Origin: Macrostomum lignano
Taxonomy: Eukaryota
Reading direction: 5' to 3'
NCBI GenBank assembly: GCA_002269645.1
Contig: NIVC01002751.1
Location: 62,001 to 126,000, forward strand
Length of the DNA: 64,000 nucleotides
Shown: one piece after another, positions 36,095 to 48,254 of the stretch
Layout: each line of letters opens with the position of its first letter
How positions within the stretch are numbered: the stretch's first letter is position 1
The notes under the pieces: model-generated
The model's input: the letters and a program-made list of their open reading frames with translations, nothing else
The model's database searches: none
Told to the model about the DNA's origin: nothing
Position numbers and translations under genes: made by a program

Positions 36095-36870
36095 TGATCA
36101 GGATCTTTAAAATTAGGGATCGGATTTCTAGACCAGTGATCGGGATTGGAGGCTTAGAGATCGGGATTCTAGAATGAGTGATCGGGATTCTAGAATTAGT
36201 GATCGGGGTTCTAGAATTAGTGATCGGGGTTCTAGAATTAGTGATCGGGATTCTAGGATTAGTGATCGGGATTCTAGAATTAGTGATCGGGATTCTAGGA
36301 TTAGTAATCGGGGTTCTAGAATTAGTGATCGGGGTTCTAGAATTAGTGATCGGGGTTCTAGAATTAGTGATCGGGATTCTAGAATTAGTGATCGGGATTC
36401 TAGAATTAGTGATCGGGGTTTTAGAATTAGTGATCGGGATTCTAGAATTAGTGATCGGGATTCTAGGATTAGTGATCGGGATTCTAGGATTAGTGATCGG
36501 GAATCTAGGATATTAGTGATCGGGGTTCTAGAATTAGTGATCGGGATTCTAGAATTAGTGATCGGGGTTCTAGAATTAGTGATCGGGATTCTAGAATTAG
36601 TGATCGGGATTCTAGGATTAGTGATCGGGATTCTAGGATTAGTGATCGGGATTCTAGGATTAGTGATCGGGATTCTAGAATTAGTGATCGGGATTCTAGG
36701 ATTAGTGATCGGGATTCTAGGATTAGTGATCGGGATTCTAGGATTAGTGATCGGGATTCTAGAATTAGTGATCGGGATTCTAGGATTAGTGATCGGGATT
36801 CTAGAATTAGTGATCGGGATTCTAGGATTAGTGATCGGGATTCTAGAATTAGTGATCGGGATTCTAGGAT
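36095..36870. repeat. 21-bp intronic minisatellite
   Basis: Unit ATTAGTGATCGGGATTCTAGA, ~35 copies. Confidence 0.95.
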
Positions 36871-37011
36871 CTATTCATATTCCGTATTTGGTATTTAAGA
36901 TAAAAAATCGGATTGGGGTCATCGCAATTTGATCCTGTAATCTGTCTGCTTTGCCTGAGAATCGTGTCCCGACAGTTTTGTCATTGTGCATTTTTTGTCA
37001 TCTTTTGGCAG

Positions 37012-37193
37012 AGCTGGCTAGCGAATGGCTGCACCGACTCACCCCAGTGGCGGCCGCCGCAGGTGCCGCCGTAGTCCCGTCTGCCGCCGCCGCGACGGCG
37101 CCGCTTTTGCCGCCGCCGCCGCCGGCGTCCTCCGCAATTGCCGCCGTGACCAGCGAGAACAATTGCGGTGCTGGCCGGCACCTCACTGGCAAG
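37012..37193 (+). CDS. RNF38: RNF38/RNF44-like internal exon
   Basis: ttttggcag| phase 1 to aag|gtggga phase 0; Ala/Pro-rich. Confidence 0.65.
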
Positions 37194-37296
37194 GTGGGAA
37201 GCGCTCGTTGGATTAACTGACTACCAAGGAACGAATAGTTATTATGGGTATTCCAAGAAATAAATCAACTTATTCGCTAACTATCCATACAATCAG

Positions 37297-37676
37297 GGTA
37301 CAGACGCGGCTCCGCCGTCGCGCAAGAAGCTCCGCCTGTCGTCCAGCAGCGTAGCAGCGGATGTTAATTTGGCCAGCGGCCAGACTTCCTCGCAACCGCA
37401 ACCGCCGTCCGCCGTAGCAGCCGGGGCCGCCGCCTGTCCCCGCGGCGTAGACGAGCCGACGGGAGCGTCCTGGGCTGCGGCAGCCGCTGCGGCAGCGGCC
37501 GCTGCTGCTTCGCTGCACCGATCGGCGGCCGCTCCCGCGCCCGGCGGTGCCGCCACTGCATCTGCGGCCTTCGCCGGCCCGTCTTTCTCTGCCTCGGCTT
37601 CCTCGGCGTCGTCTTCTGCAACTTCTAGACGCAACGGCGGCGCGAGCGGGTCGCTGGGTCACCAGCAAAGAGCCAG
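37297..37676 (+). CDS. RNF38: RNF38/RNF44-like internal exon
   Basis: aatcag|GTDAAPPSRKKLRLS (cf. RNF38 SPKRQRLS)...QRA; donor ag|gtaaat, phase 2. Confidence 0.7.
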
Positions 37677-37759
37677 GTAAATACTTTCTTATACTGAGAT
37701 TTTTGGCATCTGTGTACTGCTTCTGGAACCTCTTATATATGCTTTTTGTTGGTACTTGC

Positions 37760-37975
37760 CATGGCGCCCCAACTAGCACTCTGAATGGCGTCCCAACTAG
37801 CACTCTGAATGGCGCCCCAACTAGCACTCTGAATGGCGCCCCAACTAGCACTCTGAATGGCGCCCCAACTAGCACTCTGAATGGTGCCCCAACACTAGCA
37901 CTCTGAATGGCGCCCCAACTAGCACTCTGAATGGCGCCCCAACACTAGCACTCTGAATGGCGCCCCCAACTAGCA
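37760..37975. repeat. 24-bp minisatellite, first of twin arrays
   Basis: Unit AACTAGCACTCTGAATGGCGCCCC. Confidence 0.93.
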
Positions 37976-39036
37976 CATTTCGTGACACATTTATCCCAGA
38001 ATGGACAGTTTAACTAAAACTGCTTAGCACATTGTTTATCAATAGGCAAAAGAATTGCAGAGCGCAGCAATAATTTAATGCAGTTATTAGCATTTTGCTT
38101 TAGATAAACTAATTATGCACGCGTAAGCTATTTCACGTTGAGAGAATTGATTGCGTAATTTATCTCTGCATTGGGTCGGCAGTCTGGCATTCCTATCGAA
38201 AAATCTTTCTCTCTCTCTCTCTGGATGCGTCTCCGCTTTCAACACATTGCTGCGTATAAAAGCGCGCCAAATTCGAGTCTTTGTTATTTGTTAGTACTTC
38301 AATCGAGCTACAAAGACCGTCAGCACGACCCCCCAGACTAGAGAGATAATAAATCTATTGACCAGTTGGTAAGGTGAATTCCGATACCGACAAAAAACAA
38401 AGCTATCGATTGTATGTATATAATTTATGCTCGCATGTTCGAGTTATATATTTATGTGCCGGCCAGCACAGACCTGCGGACAAGGAACCTTGGCTTGCGG
38501 CATCTGGCCTACTGGGTTGCAGGTTTAGGGGGGGGGAGGTTGGGCTGCAACAGCCCGTCTGAACTCTCTTTTTATTGTGAAGAAGAAGTCAAACTTGACT
38601 TCAACCCTGGTGCACCCCCCACCCTCACCAACTTGCACGGTCCTGCACCTCCCTCTCTTGCCTGTAGCATCTACCCCCCCCCCCGCGCATTGCTAATACA
38701 AGTGTCCACGTGCCTTCCTGGAGGGCCCCAATCGTGCCTTCCCTATCTCTCTCTCTCAACCCTCCGCCAATGCTGTGTGTGCGGGCGGCGTGCGCAGGCC
38801 TGTCTGTATTGGGGCTTGGGCCGGCCCGGCTCGGGGCTGGCAGAACCGCGGGCGCCGCGCACACAATGACTAAACAGCTGCCCGCCCTGCTTGCTGTTGC
38901 ATAGGCTGCATGTATATATGTATATAAAAGGCATGGGAATGGCAGTCAAGACGCCCGAGAATTCTACTATCGGCTACTACTACTATACTAGAAGAATAAT
39001 ACACTCGATCTATATTGGCTGGCTTGTACTCGGAGA

Positions 39037-39440
39037 GATGCAGCACCAGCAGCAGTTGGAGTCGCTCTACGTCCAGTTCTACGCCAGCTTCGTTAACTGG
39101 GCCGGGCATCGGTTAGCTCTTGATCCTCTGGCCGGAGCCGCTCTGGCTGGTGTCGCCTCCGCTGCCGGCGTTGACCCGGCCTGCTGCCTCGGCTCGGCCC
39201 TGTCCGATTATGTCCGCAGGCATCAGCTGGCCGGCCGGCCAACTTGGCTGCACGCCAGCCTGCTGTTGCGGTGCTTGGACAGGTCGGACCTGGGCTTGAC
39301 GCCCGTTGTTAGGCAGATTCTGCACTCACTGGGCCGTTCGGTGTCGCGGCATCTCAACGCTAATCGAATGCTTAAACAGCTGCGCTCGTGTCTTCTTAGA
39401 CAGCTGTGGTGCGGCCAAACTGCATTGTGGATTATCAGCA
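39037..39440 (+). CDS. Orphan ORF nested in the RNF38 intron (helical, unknown)
   Basis: GC-rich, non-repetitive, coding-like stretch MQHQQQLESLYVQFYASFVNW...LRQLWCGQTALWII; TATATAAAAG ~115 bp upstream; reads on into the repeat array. Confidence 0.35.
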
Positions 39441-40000
39441 CTACAAATGGCGTCCCAACTAGCACTCTGAATGGCGTCCCAACTAGCACTCCAAATGGCG
39501 TCCCAACTAGCACTCTAAATGGCGTCCCAACTAGCACTCCAAATGGCGTCCCAACTAGCACTCTGAATGGCGTTTTAACTAGCACTCCAAATGGCGTCCC
39601 AACTAGCACTCCAAATGGCGTCCCAACTAGCACTCCAAATGGCGTCCCAACTAGCACTCCAAATGGCGTCCCATCTAGCACTCCAAATGGCGTCCCAACT
39701 AGCACTCCAAAAGCGTCCCATCTAGCACTCCAAATGGCGTCCCAACTAGCACTCCAAATGGCGTCCCAACTAGCACTCTGAATGGCGTCCCAACTAGCAC
39801 TCCAAATGGCGTCCCAACTAGCACTCTGAATGGCGTCCCAACTAGCACTCCAAATGGCGTCCCAACTAGCACTCCAAAAAGCGTCCCATCTAGCACTCCA
39901 AATGGCGTCCCAACTAGCACTCCAAAAAGCGTCCCATCTAGCACTCCAAATGGCGTCCCAACTAGCACTCCAAAAAGCGTCCCATCTAGCACTCCAAAAT
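39440..40000. repeat. 24-bp minisatellite, second of twin arrays
   Basis: Unit AACTAGCACTCCAAATGGCGTCCC, same family as 37760-37975. Confidence 0.95.
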
Positions 40001-40266
40001 GGCACATTGTACGAGCTATGGTAAACTTATTCTTCCTAGAATCGACAATTCACTAAAAATAGTAGTAGATCTGTAAACAGGGGGTATGCAGGCTTCTGCG
40101 ACTCAGTTGTTTAGAAAGGGTCAGCAGTGCAGCTGGCTTCCTGGTTTTCAATTTACCAAATAGTAGTGCGTTTCTGGCGCTTAAAAAAGCCACTTATCCA
40201 GTATCTACAACTCCCTATAAGCAAGCTATACCATTACTAATAGTAGTGTTCTAACCCCCATTGCAG

Positions 40267-41281
40267 TCCTCAGCTACGCCGTCGACATCAGCAACTGACA
40301 CAGCAGCAGCAGCAGCAACAGCAATATCAGCAGCAGATTCATCAGCGCCAGCCGACCGGCCTGCCCGCCGCCACTATGATGTCGGGAGCGTCAGTCGCGG
40401 ACGCCAACGAAGCCGGCTTCCAGTATCAGCAGCATAGGCGGCATCAGCTTCAACAGCAACAGCAGGCAGCTGCAGCTGCTGCTGCGGCGGCGGCTGCGGC
40501 TTCTGCCGCGGCTACAGCTGCTTCCGCGGCCGCCGTTGCAGCATCGGCAGCCGCTGGCGGTGGCAGCGGAGCTAGCGGCGGCAGCAGCGGCGCACACTTG
40601 CTCGGGGGTGCTTACCTGACCAGCTCGCTAGTGTACCAGCAGCAGCAACAGCAGCAGCAGCAGCACTATGGTGGCCCTCTGTACTACCCGGCCGGCTCCT
40701 ACCAGCTGGGCGGTCCCACCGGCTACTACTGCTGCCCGCCGGCCCCCTATCCCGGCCTGCTGTTGCATTTCCTGGCTTTGCTAGACAACGCAGCCTCCAC
40801 AACTGCCGGCACCGGTGCTTCATCGTCAGCGGCTGGCAGCGCGCATAGTCAGCATCATCTTCATCAGCACCTGCTGCATCATCATCAGCATTCGCAACAG
40901 CAGGCGCATCAACAGCACCGCCATCATCAGCATCATCATCAGCAGCAGCAGCAGCTGCAGCATCAGCCTAGCAATCTGGACAGTTTGCTGCACCTGGCCG
41001 CGCAAGTAGGCGGCTGCCGGCCCCGCGGCGCCGCCAAAGAGGAGCTGGAAAGCCTGCCGGCCTATCGCTACCAGCCTGGCCGCAGGCAGTCGGACAGTCG
41101 CCGTCAGGCTAGCTGCGTTGTCTGCCTGGCCGAGTTCGAGCCCCGCCAGCAGCTGCGCGGCCTCGCCTGCGGTCACGAATTCCACGTGCGCTGCGTTGAC
41201 CGCTGGCTGCGACACAATCGCACCTGCCCGATCTGCCGGGCCGACGCTGTGAGCGGCAGGCCGCAGGTTAGCTCAGAGTGA
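40267..41281 (+). CDS. RNF38: RNF38/RNF44-like last exon with RING-H2
   Basis: attgcag| phase 2; NLDSLLHLAAQVG..RPRG..KEELESLPAYRY...CVVCLAEFEPRQQLRGLACGHEFHVRCVDRWLRHNRTCPICRAD. Confidence 0.92.
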
Positions 41282-43269
41282 CCCGATTGGCTTGGCTGGG
41301 CTTTTTTGTTAAAAAAACTGACAACTTGTTAATTAACACCTGACATCTCTCCAGTTTCCCTATCCTGAGGTGGGATCGATTTCTTCTGTACTCCTGTGGT
41401 GCTGAATTTTCTTGTTTATTATTAATAAAAACTTTCAAGCTCTACTACTCACAGTGGAACAGTAGTATGCATAAAAAAGGGATCTTTATCCGAATAAGTT
41501 GCAATGTAGACAGCGCGTGTGCTTTCAACAATAGTAAACAAAAATCGGAGTTCAACACTGTGCGCATAGTGCGAATTAGCTGTTTATAATTAATATTCCG
41601 CACCAGTGTGCCTGCCTGTCCACAATATGCTTACCTGCCAGTTAGCTCGTTTACGTCTGTGATGCAGCATCAAATTAATCGCAATTGAAATCTGCACAGC
41701 ACCGCATCAGCTGACTGACTGTTTTTATAGGCTTAATAACAATATAACAGAATTGCCGATTACACTCTCTGTTCCCCTACAAGTCTTTGTGCCATTTTGA
41801 TTTATTGTTATTATCATCATTACACACGCATCGCCTCTAATCCACCATGATGGACTATTGAATCCGTCCTGTCCAGACACACGCACACACAATTTCTGAG
41901 CCATGCCTTTTCTCAACCGCCCCTCGGCCTTTCACCTCCCTTTCCCGCAGAATGAATCTACTACTGTTATTACTAATGTAGGCAAATTTGCTCCCCCAGT
42001 TTCTTATATGAAATAATTCACTCCAACTGCCTGTGCTTATAAATAATCTATACATATTACCTATACTACTAGCTAACCCGTGAGCACTGCTGTACTTGAG
42101 CTGCAAAAAAAATAAATAAATGAGAAGCTACCAATACAGTACTCTCTGTTTTACTATTACCCGCTACTATTAAATGATTCGTCATGTACACCCAGAAAAA
42201 ATAATTAATTACTAAGGTCTTGACTTCGTTATTTGTTTTAAATAAAGCATACGCTTTTAATCTACTTTCCACTAAGTAGTATTTAATAGAAAATGAAGGT
42301 AATTAAATGAAGACTTTTTACCATAGCATTCAGATTAAATAGTTCAAATAGCGAATCTTTTATAATCACACGATTAAACCAGCCGTTTATTAATAAAACA
42401 AAATGAAACGATTATTTGGGTCGCAACAGCAAATGATAATGGAAGCTGGAAGACATTTAAGAGGCTATCCCAAGATGGATGTTAGATATTTATAAACAAA
42501 ACTACCACTTGGTCTTTGCATGTGTAGCTCGCATGCCTGAAATTAGCGGAAAATGTTGCTAAAGTAAAACAAATTGGAAGTCAGAGAAACAGCATTTACA
42601 GAGCAAAAAGCAAAAATCTCTTTTCGTACGTTAGTGCGTCAGCAGCCACTGTATCAAATTGAAAGCACCTTACATGTAAAACCCACCCAGCCAATTAGAA
42701 ATCATTTAGACCCACTCCAGTCAATTATTAAGAAGCGCAGCCACCCCCCAGCAAATAAAAAATCGCCAAAATCTCATCCAATCAAAAATCGCCTAAATCC
42801 TACCCAGTCAGTCAGAAATTGCTAAAAATCCGCCCAGCCAATAAAAAATCGCCAAAATCCTACCCAGCCAATCACAAAACCTTCTAGCCAATCAGAATGC
42901 AGTCTAATTTTACGAGTATTCCGACCAAAGCGGCATAAAATAGAGATTGTGCATCGGCTCGGTCAAAGCTCTTCCCCGTCCAGCCGGGCGTTGTTCTCCT
43001 CCAGCGAGCGATTCAGCATCCCGAACAGCAGCGGAGTCGTGGTGCAACAACAAAGTGCCAGAAGTACTGCGTTAAAATCTTTGACGAATGCAGCTCGTTG
43101 CTCGGGCCATACAATTGCTGCTCCCGTTGTTCGTCCGAATAATCAATGCTTTTAATCCATTGGTTACTTGGGAAGACTGGCTATTTGAAATATTTTAGTT
43201 TTGGCAAGCTAATTTTAGCCAGAAATCGTGAAATACAAAAAACCATGTGCTGTTTGTCCATGTCCATGA

Positions 43270-44060
43270 GGACAGCAGTGACACACTGACAGACTGGGAA
43301 TGGGGCAGCAGTGAGACACTGACAGACTGGGAATGGGGCAGCAGTGACTCACTGACAGACTGGGAATGGGGCAGCAGTGACTCACTGACAGACTGAAATG
43401 AGGCAGCAGTGACTCACTGACAGACTGGGAATGGGGCAGCAGTGACTCACTGACAGACTGGGAATGGGGCAGCAGTGACTCACTGACAGACTGAAATGGG
43501 GCAGCAGTGACTCACTCAGTAGACTGGGAATGGGGCAGCAGTGACTCACTGACAGACTGGGAATGGGGCAGCAGTGACTCACTGACAGACTGGGAATGGG
43601 GCAGCAGTGACTCACTGACAGACTGGGAATGGGGCAGCAGTGACTCACTGACAGACTGAAATGGGGCAGCAGTGACTCACTCAGTAGACTGGGAATGGGG
43701 CAGCAGTGACTCACTGACAGACTGGGAATGGGGCAGCAGTGACTTACTGACAGACTGGGAATGGGGCAGCAGTGACTCACTGACAGACTGGGAATGGGGC
43801 AGCAGTGACTCACTGACAGACTGGGAATCGGGCAGCAGTGACTCACTGACAGACTGGGAATAGGGCAGCAGTGACTCACTCAGTAGACTGGGAATGGGGC
43901 AGCAGTGACTCACTCAGTAGACTGGGAATGGGGCAGCAGTGACTCACTGACAGACTGGGAATGGGGCAGCAGTGACTCACTCAGTAGACTGGGAATGGGG
44001 CAGCAGTGACTCACTCAGTACACTGGGAATGGGGCAGCAGTGCCTCACTTAGTAGACTGG
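43270..44060. repeat. 33-bp minisatellite containing TGACTCA
   Basis: Unit CAGACTGGGAATGGGGCAGCAGTGACTCACTGA, ~23 copies. Confidence 0.95.
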
Positions 44061-44529
44061 GAGAAATGTTGTGTCCAGATTAGGTAAATGTACTTTTTTA
44101 GCTAAAACCCTAATCATAAGATATGTAACACGAGCCCTAAGTAACTCAAAAAGCCTTTCTTTCTAAGCGACAAAATGGAGATGAAAAGAAATAAGAATAA
44201 AATCCGAGATCAAGACAATAATCGCATCGTTCATAATTTGTCCGATAAGGAAAAATCAATTATATTGCAGTTCAAAGTCGGGTTAGCTCGTGTGCCTTTG
44301 CATTGTCTAAGTAACAGGTGCTCAGTTCAAGGTATAGAAGCAAGCGAGCTCAAAGCTATGCTGTGCGACTTTGGCATTGACACTAAATACTAGGCTGAGT
44401 GAGAGAGCAGATCGTTTTGAGCAGTGTCACACAACAGCCAGCACTAGCACACACCTCAGAAACAGCTCATCTTTTCCAGTGAGATGCTTCTAGAGGGAGT
44501 TCAAAAGAGTGACTTTAAAGTAGTAGTCT

Positions 44530-45590
44530 GGAGGGCGAGTGTCCAAGTGGGTGGAGGGCGATTATCCAAGTGTGGAGGGCGATTATTAAGGGGGTGGAGG
44601 GCGATTATTAAGTGGGTGGAGGGCGATTATCCAGGTGGGTGGAGGGCGATTATTAAGTGGGTGGAGGGCGATTATCCAGGTGGGTAGAGGGCGATTATCC
44701 AGGTGGGTGGAGGGCGATTATCCAGGTGGGTGGAGGGCGATTATCCAGGTGGGTAGAGGGTGATTATCCAGGTGGGTGGAGGGCGATTATCCAGGTGGGT
44801 GGAAGGCGATTATCCAGGTGGGTGGAGGGCGATTATCCAGGTGGGTGGAGGGCGATTATCCAGGTGGGTGGAGGGCGATTATCCAGGTGGGTGGAGGGTG
44901 ATTATCCAGGTGGGTGGAGGGCGATTATCCAGGTGGGTAGAGGGTGATTATCCAGGTGGGTGTAGGGCGATTATCCAGGTGGGTGGAGGGCGATTATCCA
45001 GGTGGGTAGAGGGCGATTATCCAGGTGGGTGGAGGGCGATTATCCAGGTGGGTGGAAGGCGATTATCCAGGTGGGTGGAGGGCGATTATCCAGGTGGGTG
45101 GAGGGCGATTATCCAGGTGGGTGTAGGGCGATTATCCAGGTGGGTGGAGGGCGATTATCCAGGTGGGTAGAGGGTGATTATCCAGGTGGGTAGAGGGCGA
45201 TTATCCAGGTGGGTAGAGGGCGATTATCCAGGTGGGTAGAGGGCGATTATCCAGGTGGGTGGAGGGCGATTATTAAGTGGGTGGAGGGCGATTATCCAGG
45301 TGGGTGGAGGGCGATTATCCAGGTGGGTAGAGGGTGATTATCCAGGTGGGTGGAGGGCGATTATCCAGGTGGGTGTAGGGCGATTATCCAGGTGGGTGGA
45401 GGGCGATTATCCAGGTGGGTAGAGGGCGATTATCCAGGTGGGTAGAGGGCGATTATCCAGGTGGGTGGAGGGCGATTATCCAGGTGGGTAGAGGGTGATT
45501 ATCCAGGTGGGTAGAGGGCGATTATCCAGGTGGGTGGAGGGCGATTATCCAGGTGGGTAGAGGGTGATTATCTAGGTGGGTAGAGGGCGA
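44530..45590. repeat. 23-bp G-rich minisatellite
   Basis: Unit GGGCGATTATCCAGGTGGGTGGA, ~45 copies. Confidence 0.95.
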
Positions 45591-45654
45591 GCATCTGAAA
45601 GGTAATTAATCTAATTTCGGACATCTGTCCATCACAAAAAGCAGTCACACGCCG

Positions 45655-46620
45655 CTACAATTTAGGTCGCGAAAAGCATGCGAAGTAAATTGAGAAAGTG
45701 GAATCAGTTAGCAGCAAAAAAACACGGTGCAACCATGTTAAGAGTGCTATATAGATACTAAAATTTGACGCAAAATATGCTTCTAGCTGTGCATAAAAAC
45801 ACAGGCTAGAGATGAAAAGAAAAATCACAATACTCACACCAAGAAGTGCACAATTAACTGCTACCAATCAAAAAGGCATGCGCTAAGTAGCTAATAACTA
45901 ATAATTAAACTCGGCACAGTATTAACTACGAGCATTACAAATAAGAATATAATAGAATACTGCAAAACAGAACCTACTGCGGGCAATTTAAACAACCAAC
46001 GGGTGCTGCATGCACAAAGATAAGCATCTGATAAATGGCCGTTTAAGTATAGAATGGGAAACCTTGTTTCTTGCAAAACATTCTGTGTAGAGTAGAGCAT
46101 AAGAGCATCTCCGCGAAAAATAAACTACGGATATTGGAACTTTTAAGAAGTTTGCAAAGATCAATGTTCCAATAAAAGCTACGGTTGCAAACCCAGCCCC
46201 CAGAAATGATTTTCTTGGAAAGTTCCAAGTCAAGAATAACTGATCTATATGGTATCTATTAAGTGAACGTAAACTCATTTGAAATCCTAATTCTGCTTTT
46301 TTAAAATGCAATAAATTTTTCTACGGTAATTTACACCATGTGGGAGAATTTATTATTAATTGGCGGGAAAGTTCTAAAGATACTCGTAAATTCTACAAAT
46401 AGAGTAAGCGTGCGAGATCAGCATCAATGTCCATGGTACGCGTACGCAGAGTTGAAAGCCTACATGTAGAACAAAGACAGGTTGGACCATAGACAGCACA
46501 CAAATTTCTGACTGAGAAACTCGACAGAGACAAGCCAGTCCCGAGTTGAAATCTGTGCCAGTCACCGGCATCCAGGCCTGTGGTGAAAAAAATCATATAG
46601 TTTTTGTCACACGCTAAAAG
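45655..46620 (-). pseudogene. Rhodopsin-class (orphan/peptide-type) GPCR pseudogene
   Basis: Successive hydrophobic segments over several frames; CRIYEYL...ITVEKFIA (TM3/ERF-type motif) and TFSIYFACFSRPKL (TM7-like); stops and frameshifts. Confidence 0.55.
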
Positions 46621-46672
46621 CGGCAAGTCCTTCGAATTAAGCAAAGTCAATTAATTGCGATCAATTTGGCCA

Positions 46673-47553
46673 GAGATAGAAAATCCTTCGCTTTCGCGAG
46701 TCCGTTCACTCAGCTGAGCTGAAAGCCATAGACATTGTGTAGAAACACTGCAACCAATCTGGCCTAAACTGCGATCAAGTTGGCCGAGATCGATTGCCTT
46801 CCAAGTTGAACTTATAGCCATAGATAACTTGTCAACGGCCCAAAAGGCACTGAATGGCTAGTGCTGTCATCACTCCACTAAAGTGCATTCAGTGGGTAAA
46901 CTACAATCAGACCTACATCCAGCGGTGCTAATGGACCGATTGACAAATTTTCACGCACCCTATCTAATTCAAGCTGTTTGATGTTCAACTGTTGTATTGC
47001 ATTAGCCAACTTGATCGCAGTTTTGGCCAAACTGGTTGCAGTATTTTTACACAATGTCTATGGCTTTCCTATCCTTGGCCAACTTGATCGCAGTTTTGGC
47101 CAAACTGGTTGCAGTATTTCTACACGATGTCTATGGCTTTCCTATCCCTGGCCAACTTGATCGCAGTTTTGGCCAAACTGGCTGCAGTATTTTTACACAA
47201 TGTCTATGGCTTTCCTATCCCTGGCCAACTTGATCGCAGTTTTGGCCAAACTGGTTGCAGTATTTTTACACAATGTCTATGGCTTTCCTATTCCTGGCCA
47301 ACTTGATCGCAGTTCCGGTCAAACTGGTCGCAGTATTTCTACACAATGTCTATGGCTTTCCTATTCCTGGCCAACTTGATCGCAGTTTGGCCAAACTGGT
47401 TGCAGTATTTTTACACGATGTCTATGGCTTTCCTATCCCTGGCCAACTTGATCGCAGTTTTGGTCAAACTGGTTGCAGTATTTCTACACAATGTCTATGG
47501 CTTTCAGCTCAGCTAGGTGAGCGGACTCGCGAAAGCGAAGGATTTTCTATCCC
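46673..47553. mobile_element. Non-autonomous TIR element (MITE) with internal 73-bp tandem array
   Basis: ~80-bp TIRs GATAGAAAATCCTTCGCTTTCGCGAGTCCG...AAAGCCATAGACATTGTGTAG; ~7 x 73-bp units at 47005-47500. No clear TSD. Confidence 0.8.
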
Positions 47554-48254
47554 AACTAGATTGCAAAATGGTATATACTGGGTGCAATTGAAAGTCATTA
47601 TAGATAGTAAAAATAAGCAATCATTTTGGTATTAATACAGTATGAATATACACACTCTTAAGCCGGATTGTTAGCAAGCAAGCTAGATGGGTGGGGTAAC
47701 ACACTTCGACCTTCAATTAGAAAGCATCAAATAAGCAGTAGAGCAAGGTAGCCAAAGTTAAAGGAAGCATGCGAAAATCATTTAATATACTAGTATAATA
47801 CGATATTAACCCGCTAGCGGGCATCGGACTAGCTGAGATATTACATACAACTTTTAGTTTATTATGTAATTGTCTCGACTGGAGAATCAGTTGGAAGATA
47901 AGCGACTGTCTGAAATAATTAGATTGGTAATCAATTCTGAATCAGATACACTGTCTCCGTTGCACGATCGATCTATCTAGCCAGGTCTATGCCTAAAGCT
48001 TACCTTTATCGCACTCTATGTCAATAGAGACTTTCATGATAATAGAATTGCGAACGTGCTCACTCAGAAATAATAATGCATAGCTATTTTTAGGTAACCC
48101 GTTTCTCTACACTGCTTTGAGCTGGGCTAAAGTAAATAAATATAGGTGAAGGGCTCTCAATGTTAATTTGTACGATCTAGCTAGCTAGAATTAAGACCAT
48201 AAAGCAATGTAATTGTGTGTTATTGCTAATTAATTAGCCACTTTACTTCAATCA

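Noticed and set aside
42965-43140. Minus-strand peptide AFVKDFNAVLLALCCCTTTPLLFGMLNRSL resembling GPCR TM7/helix 8
   Set aside because: An in-frame stop lies immediately upstream with no usable acceptor; too short to support a call.
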